DNA of 64,000 nucleotides from Gammaproteobacteria bacterium (lineage in GTDB: Bacteria; Pseudomonadota; Gammaproteobacteria; JBCCGL01). The stretch's first letter is position 1. Each line of letters starts with the position of its first letter. This document shows positions 58,976 through 64,000 of the stretch, in pieces. The stretch is taken from contig OZ255836.1 in assembly GCA_965277715.1 (NCBI GenBank), positions 2,048,001 through 2,112,000 of the forward strand, in the 5' to 3' direction. The notes below the pieces were generated by a model that worked only from the letters and a program-made list of their open reading frames with translations, had not been told where the DNA came from and did no database searches. A program made the position numbers and the translations under genes.

Positions 58976-59182
58976 CGGGCGTTAATCTTATGCTGCCAGG
59001 GTTTCGGTCATATCATCTTTGCGTTGCAACAGCGTAACACCCTGCTCCAATACCGCCTTTTTCAGCTCATCGTGGGTATAAAACGTCACCAGATCCAGGT
59101 GTGGTATTGATAAGCCTGACGACACGAGGGACAGGCATCGTCTACACTGGAACGGACTCTCCATCCATCACAAAATGATATA

Positions 59183-60373
59183 GTGGCGGATATGGCCGAC
59201 AACCCCCACAGTAATACGCCTCTGCAGACGGTGCTAGCACAATTACAGGCCGCTGCCGCCCTGCCTTTCGAGCAGGCACACCCAATCCCCGCAGCAGTAA
59301 ACCACTCCCAGGCATTTCTCGAACACGAAAGACAGTGTGTCTTTATGCAGGAATGGGTTTGCGTGGGACGCGTAGACGAAGTAGCCGGGTTTGGCGATTA
59401 CTTAACCCACACAATAGCGGGTGTGCCCATACTGGTAGTGCGCCAAAAAGAGGGGGAGCTGGCCGCTTTCGTGAATGCCTGTGCGCACCGCCAGGCCTGT
59501 TTAATGCCGCACCAAAATGGCCACGCCAAGCAGTTTACCTGTCGCTACCACGCCTGGACTTACGCTTGCAGTGGCCGGTTAATCCGGGCGCCTTATATGG
59601 AAATGAAGGTGGGGTTTGATTCCACGAAACACGGATTACGGCCATTAAACCTGGAAACATGGGAGGGCTTTATCTATGTCTCTATTGCTGAAAAACCGGC
59701 AACCCGGCTAGCCGATGTGCTCGCACCATTGCGCGATAATGTCGTCGGTCGGTTTGATATGGGCTGTTACCAAACCGTGCTGCGGGAAACGATGGTATGG
59801 CAGGCCAACTGGAAAAACCTGATCGAGAATTTCACCGAGAGTTATCACGTACCTATCGCCCACGGCAAAACCTTTGCACAGCATAAAAAACCTCTGACCG
59901 ATTACCACTGCGGTGAAGAGAGTGATTACTACGGCTATCATCAGGCGGCACAACCAAGTAGTACCGGGCCAGGCGCGGCGCACGCAAAAAATGACCGGCT
60001 GACAGGTAAGTGGCGGCGGATGATGGTGGACTTTTGTGTATTTCCCTGCCACCTGGTGACACTGATGCCAGACTATCTTTGGTATATCTCCGTGCAACCG
60101 CTGGGCAGCGATCAAATGCAGGCCACCTGGAGCGTAGCGGTTCCCCCTGAAGTGCTCGCCGATGTGGCTGAATCAGACTACAACAACTGGCTACAGCAGT
60201 TCAAAACGTATATAAATGTCGCCAACGATGAAGACAGGGCATTAGTCGAGGCCCTACATCAAGGCACAAAATCACCTATTCTGCCGGTGGGTACTTATCA
60301 CCCAATCGAGCGCAACCTCTGGCAGTTTTCCCGCTACCTGTCCAGGGTTTGTGGGAACCGACCTCCAACGTGA
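59183..60373 (+). CDS. Rieske non-heme iron oxygenase alpha subunit
   Basis: CAHR...CRYHAW Rieske motif; NWK..ENFTESYHVPIAH iron site; NDED. Confidence 0.92.
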   Translation: MADMADNPHSNTPLQTVLAQLQAAAALPFEQAHPIPAAVNHSQAFLEHERQCVFMQEWVCVGRVDEVAGFGDYLTHTIAGVPILVVRQKEGELAAFVNACAHRQACLMPHQNGHAKQFTCRYHAWTYACSGRLIRAPYMEMKVGFDSTKHGLRPLNLETWEGFIYVSIAEKPATRLADVLAPLRDNVVGRFDMGCYQTVLRETMVWQANWKNLIENFTESYHVPIAHGKTFAQHKKPLTDYHCGEESDYYGYHQAAQPSSTGPGAAHAKNDRLTGKWRRMMVDFCVFPCHLVTLMPDYLWYISVQPLGSDQMQATWSVAVPPEVLADVAESDYNNWLQQFKTYINVANDEDRALVEALHQGTKSPILPVGTYHPIERNLWQFSRYLSRVCGNRPPT

Positions 60374-60422
60374 TTAATTCAGTTTAAGCCCACCTACCGT
60401 ATCTGAGGAAACAGCAATCAAC

Positions 60423-60740
60423 ATGCCGGAAGTCGCATCAAAATTTTTGATCGGGCAAATTATATGGCACACCCGGTTTGACTACCGGGGAGTGATTATC
60501 GATGTAGACCCCGTCTACACCGGCACTGCGCTCTGGTACGAACACGTCGCCTTAAGCCGACCACCTAAAGACAGACCCTGGTATCACGTTTTAGTGGATA
60601 ACGACGAATCGAGCACCTATGTGGCGGAACAGCACCTCAGCCTTGATGCATCGGCTGCCGCCATCCAACACCCGGCTATCGCCCATTATTTTAGTGGTAT
60701 GAAAGGCGGTCGCTACCTACCCAGACAACCGGCCCATTGA
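60423..60740 (+). CDS. hspQ: HspQ/YccV-like protein
   Basis: KFLIGQII.H..FDYRGVIIDVDP, PWYHVLV, YVAEQ. Confidence 0.9.
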   Translation: MPEVASKFLIGQIIWHTRFDYRGVIIDVDPVYTGTALWYEHVALSRPPKDRPWYHVLVDNDESSTYVAEQHLSLDASAAAIQHPAIAHYFSGMKGGRYLPRQPAH

Positions 60741-60822
60741 ATACAATAAACGCATGCTGCACCCGTGGCTTGTGGCTTATACTCACTCATATACTATCAA
60801 CCAGCCGATACTGGGTTCACCT

Positions 60823-61809
60823 ATGAATCAACGCCCGTTAATGATCGACTGCCTGCAATATTGCAACTGGTCGAAAAAGATTTTCCAACAAATGCACGAA
60901 GGCGGCGTAGCGGCTGTGCACGTCACGATCTGTTACCACGAAAATTTTCGTGAAACAGTGGCCAATATCGAACAGTGGAACCGCTGGTTCGAACAGTTCC
61001 CGGAGCTGATTGTGCACGGTAAAAATGCCGATGACGTGCGCCGCGCCCACCGCGAAGGCCGCACAGCGATTATTTTTGGGTTTCAAAACTGCTCTCCAAT
61101 CGAAGACGACTACGGCCTGATAGAAATCGTACACGCACTGGGCGCACGCTTTATGCAATTGTCGTATAACAACCAGAGCCTCCTGGCGACTGGCTGCTAT
61201 GAGGCAGAAGACCCCGGCATCACCCGCTTTGGCAAACAGGCTATCGCCGAAATGAACCGCATCGGGCTGGTGATCGATATGTCACACTCTGCCGAGCGCT
61301 CTACGCTGGAAGCCATTGAGTTATCCACACGCCCGATAGCCATCACCCATGCCAACCCGGCATTCTGGCACCCCGCTTTGCGCAATAAATCGAACGATGT
61401 GCTGCGTGCGCTGGGTGAGTCTGGTGGTATGCTCGGCTTCAGCATGTACCCACACCACCTCAACAACGCCGATAACTGCACACTCGATGACTTTTGCGGC
61501 ATGATCGCCAAGACCGCTGAACTGATGGGTGTCGATTGTATTGGCATCGGTTCCGACCTCTGCCAGGATCAGCCCAACACAGTGGTTGAATGGATGCGCG
61601 TCGGTCGCTGGTCAAAAGCAATCGATTACGGTGAAGGCTCAAAAGACAACGCCGGGTTTCCACCACAACCGACGTGGTTTGAAAATAACCTACACCTGAA
61701 AAATCTGCTGGACGGACTGAAGACCGCCGGATTTGATGACCGTGACACCGCTAAAATAATGGGTGGTAATTGGCTGGCATTTTTTGAAAAATCGTTTGAC
61801 GCGCTATAA
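60823..61809 (+). CDS. Membrane dipeptidase (M19) family protein
   Basis: IDCLQY, GFQN, QLSYN, DMSH, THAN, RNKS, GIGSD; ATG at 60823 preferred. Confidence 0.88.
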   Translation: MNQRPLMIDCLQYCNWSKKIFQQMHEGGVAAVHVTICYHENFRETVANIEQWNRWFEQFPELIVHGKNADDVRRAHREGRTAIIFGFQNCSPIEDDYGLIEIVHALGARFMQLSYNNQSLLATGCYEAEDPGITRFGKQAIAEMNRIGLVIDMSHSAERSTLEAIELSTRPIAITHANPAFWHPALRNKSNDVLRALGESGGMLGFSMYPHHLNNADNCTLDDFCGMIAKTAELMGVDCIGIGSDLCQDQPNTVVEWMRVGRWSKAIDYGEGSKDNAGFPPQPTWFENNLHLKNLLDGLKTAGFDDRDTAKIMGGNWLAFFEKSFDAL

Positions 61810-61826
61810 ACAGACAGGTCTCCACT

Positions 61827-63512
61827 ATGCAAATACCACTGCGCCCACCGGAACAGGTCATGCGCCTGGAACGTATGGGCTGCCGCTACCAGACGCGTAT
61901 CAGCTTTATGCGCTCGCTACTGCGGCGCCTGCGTGAAGAAAACTGGCACATCGAACAAACCCAGGCGAACTGGGACGCCGAGGGATACGGCACCGCTGTG
62001 TACCGCACCACAGGGCCAACGCATTGTTACAGCCTGATCGCCTACTCCAATCACCTCGATGCAGCAGACCGCTCTGACCGCGTTATCGCCGAGAAATGGG
62101 ACGCAGCCTTCACCCTATTCGATGGCAACCCAACACCTGCAGATATCGACCGACTACGGGAAAACGTGCCAAAACAGGAAGCCGGGCGTTGCAGCGCCAG
62201 CGAGCTCACCTTAAGCCGTGCCAACAAAAGCGTGCGCCTGTTCGAGCACGTTGTTGACAGCCTCGCCAACGGTCACCAGCCCAGCCTGGAAATGATCGCA
62301 CAAACCGGCTATCTGATGCGCACGACAGCCGTCTATGGCAACGGCAAATTTGGCCTGTCCGACCGACAGCGCACCTGCCACCGCGAGGCACTTGCCAGCC
62401 CCTATCAGGCCGAATTACTCACCGTATACCTGATTCGCTGCTTTACCCACGATTTGGTAGAGCACGTCGCCCGCTGCCGCAACCCGGAAAAAGCCGTACC
62501 ACTCGACAGACAAACCCGTCGCTACCTCGGTATCGGCAACTCTACCGGGCTTGGTATGGCACCATTTCTCTACCACCATCCACTGCTGATCCACAACTGG
62601 GTCACGGCGGCAGAAACCGCACTGGCAGCCGTTCGCAACGTCGAGCATATTGCCCCCCCTCAACAGCAGGCATTCAAACAGTCACTGACACAGGCACAGC
62701 GCATGTGCACACAATGGAATGTGCCAGACCAACGACAAATGCAGCGCATAGTGCAACTGCGCGCAGACCTTGACAGCCTGGCTGAACAACTGTCCAGTGA
62801 CCACTGGCTCGCAGGCACGCAACCCTGGAACACACTCTATTGCTGGGTCGAGAATACGCTTTCAATAGAAGCGCAAGAGCTGGTAGCCGCCCTGTTAATC
62901 GAAATGCACCCGGAAAAAGTCGACCACCTGGCAACCACAATGGGCACGCGTGATACAGTGGAGATTCAACCGGCAATGGCACTGGGCGAACTGGTAAAAC
63001 TGATCGAAACACACTACGTATGGGCATTAAAAATAGACTTCAATACACCACAGGCAACCCACTTTTTTTGGTACGCCTCAGAGGAAAAGCTCGAACCGCG
63101 TGTTGGTGAGCGCCACCTGGAGCCCGGCGCCGACCGCGAACACAAACTCACCGCAGCACGCGATACCGTCGCCCTGTACAACGACCTTCAATCGTTTCCG
63201 GCACAGCACAGCGTCGCTGAGTTTCTATTAACACACCCCCAACACCGCCATATTGTGCGGCGGATACAAACCCTGGCCAACTACCGCTATGCGGAAATCC
63301 AGGAAAACCTGCTCGGCTCCACCCTGCTGCCAATCGATATGTTGCGCTTCAAACTGGCCTTTTTTGGTGCGACAAAATTTGACCCAAAATCAGACAAATG
63401 GACGCGTATCACCCTGTACCAGGGCGCGCCGCTACCAGACGAAATTGGCCTGGCTGACAGTGACCGCTGGATGTTCCTGCCGCAAGCCCCCAGTGTTGAG
63501 CAGGCCACATGA
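61827..63512 (+). CDS. Conserved hypothetical protein
   Basis: Long ORF with conserved-looking motifs (YLMRTTAVYGNGKFG, GIGNSTGLGMAPFL, EEKLEPR, FDPKSDKW); in an operon with the dipeptidase. Confidence 0.85.
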   Translation: MQIPLRPPEQVMRLERMGCRYQTRISFMRSLLRRLREENWHIEQTQANWDAEGYGTAVYRTTGPTHCYSLIAYSNHLDAADRSDRVIAEKWDAAFTLFDGNPTPADIDRLRENVPKQEAGRCSASELTLSRANKSVRLFEHVVDSLANGHQPSLEMIAQTGYLMRTTAVYGNGKFGLSDRQRTCHREALASPYQAELLTVYLIRCFTHDLVEHVARCRNPEKAVPLDRQTRRYLGIGNSTGLGMAPFLYHHPLLIHNWVTAAETALAAVRNVEHIAPPQQQAFKQSLTQAQRMCTQWNVPDQRQMQRIVQLRADLDSLAEQLSSDHWLAGTQPWNTLYCWVENTLSIEAQELVAALLIEMHPEKVDHLATTMGTRDTVEIQPAMALGELVKLIETHYVWALKIDFNTPQATHFFWYASEEKLEPRVGERHLEPGADREHKLTAARDTVALYNDLQSFPAQHSVAEFLLTHPQHRHIVRRIQTLANYRYAEIQENLLGSTLLPIDMLRFKLAFFGATKFDPKSDKWTRITLYQGAPLPDEIGLADSDRWMFLPQAPSVEQAT

Positions 63513-64000
63513 TCGTCTCTCTGAGTGAACTGGCCGAAATGGCCAAAAAAGCCACCAGCGGTTGTGGTCATCCATTTGGTATTGCCGAGGAAATGGCCTA
63601 CGCCACCCGCTGGCTTTGTGAGCATGGCTTACCCGGCATAGAAATACTAATAGAAGCGCTTGAACAACCGCCATCGTGTGCACCAGGCCTTGAGCGTAAT
63701 GCACAAGGCCTGTGCATTACCCACCCAACAGCCGCCCCCATTTCAGCACTCACCCTGGGGCCATCCATCGCGGATTTACTGATAACGTACGGTGCAGGCG
63801 GAAAAGTGCTCAGCATAAACACCTGCACCCAACCACTGATACTCATCCCTTTTATCGTCAAGGCGGCAAAGACCACCACTGTTCACACGCACTGGACAAC
63901 CGATAACAACACCCAGGTAACCGTTAGCTGTGGCCCCGGGTGTGACCCTGGATGTGACACCGGGGGCACACATATTTTTGCCCATGACACCCAGGCACTC
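63509..64000 (+). CDS. DUF3726-like protein (partial, runs off the window edge)
   Basis: MIVSLSELAEMAKKATSGCGHPFGIAEEMAYATRWLCEHGLPG; ATGA overlap with the upstream gene. Not in the ORF track. Confidence 0.7.
   Translation, partial: MIVSLSELAEMAKKATSGCGHPFGIAEEMAYATRWLCEHGLPGIEILIEALEQPPSCAPGLERNAQGLCITHPTAAPISALTLGPSIADLLITYGAGGKVLSINTCTQPLILIPFIVKAAKTTTVHTHWTTDNNTQVTVSCGPGCDPGCDTGGTHIFAHDTQAL

Noticed and set aside
58988-59130. Short minus-strand frame PHLDLVTFYTHDELKKAVLEQGVTLLQRKDDMTETLAA*
   Set aside because: It looks protein-like and may be a gene remnant, but it has no clear start or recognisable family.
567-63985. Numerous short overlapping or antisense ORFs in the track
   Set aside because: They are shadow frames of well-supported genes and carry no motifs.

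Overview
Gammaproteobacterial-type chromosomal segment (non-enteric; inferred from the rpoN-hpf-ptsN-hprK-rapZ-HPr-EI operon and a split nrdJ). Positions 1-30.3 kb are mostly housekeeping: lysR/aceA, msrA, HDAC, tpm, cfa, SLC13 permease, trmB, acyl-CoA ligase, Prx5, mlaFEDCB/mlaA, kdsDC-lptCAB-rpoN-PTS, mgtE and class II RNR nrdJa/nrdJb with tandem NrdR boxes. The main discovery candidate is an accessory block at about 30.6-40.6 kb. It holds a minus-strand operon: ycaO, sulfotransferase, tfuA (long C-terminal fusion), HExxH gluzincin peptidase, and a 149-aa protein ending in a Gly-anchored pentapeptide repeat (GMNVK-GMHVK-GS). This operon converges on a class III nucleotide cyclase-TolB-TPR gene with an unusual Glu at the purine-specificity site, near two decayed cyclase paralogs, a GNAT, a MITE and an IS1380-like relic. 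It looks like a thioamide-installing (RiPP or protein-modification) system that may be tied to cyclic-nucleotide signalling; its function is inferred, not shown. Further right are a porin, a repeat-gene-repeat-gene-repeat array of 11-residue coiled-coil membrane proteins, and a likely serine-cycle cluster relic (unannotated mtkB/sucD remnant, 2-hydroxyacid dehydrogenase, ppc). These are followed by fadH, a kinase-cNMP protein, mpl, pyrC, rnt and a Rieske/dipeptidase/DUF3726-like group. Several genes are collapsed by deletions. All calls come from motif recognition by eye; no database searches were run.
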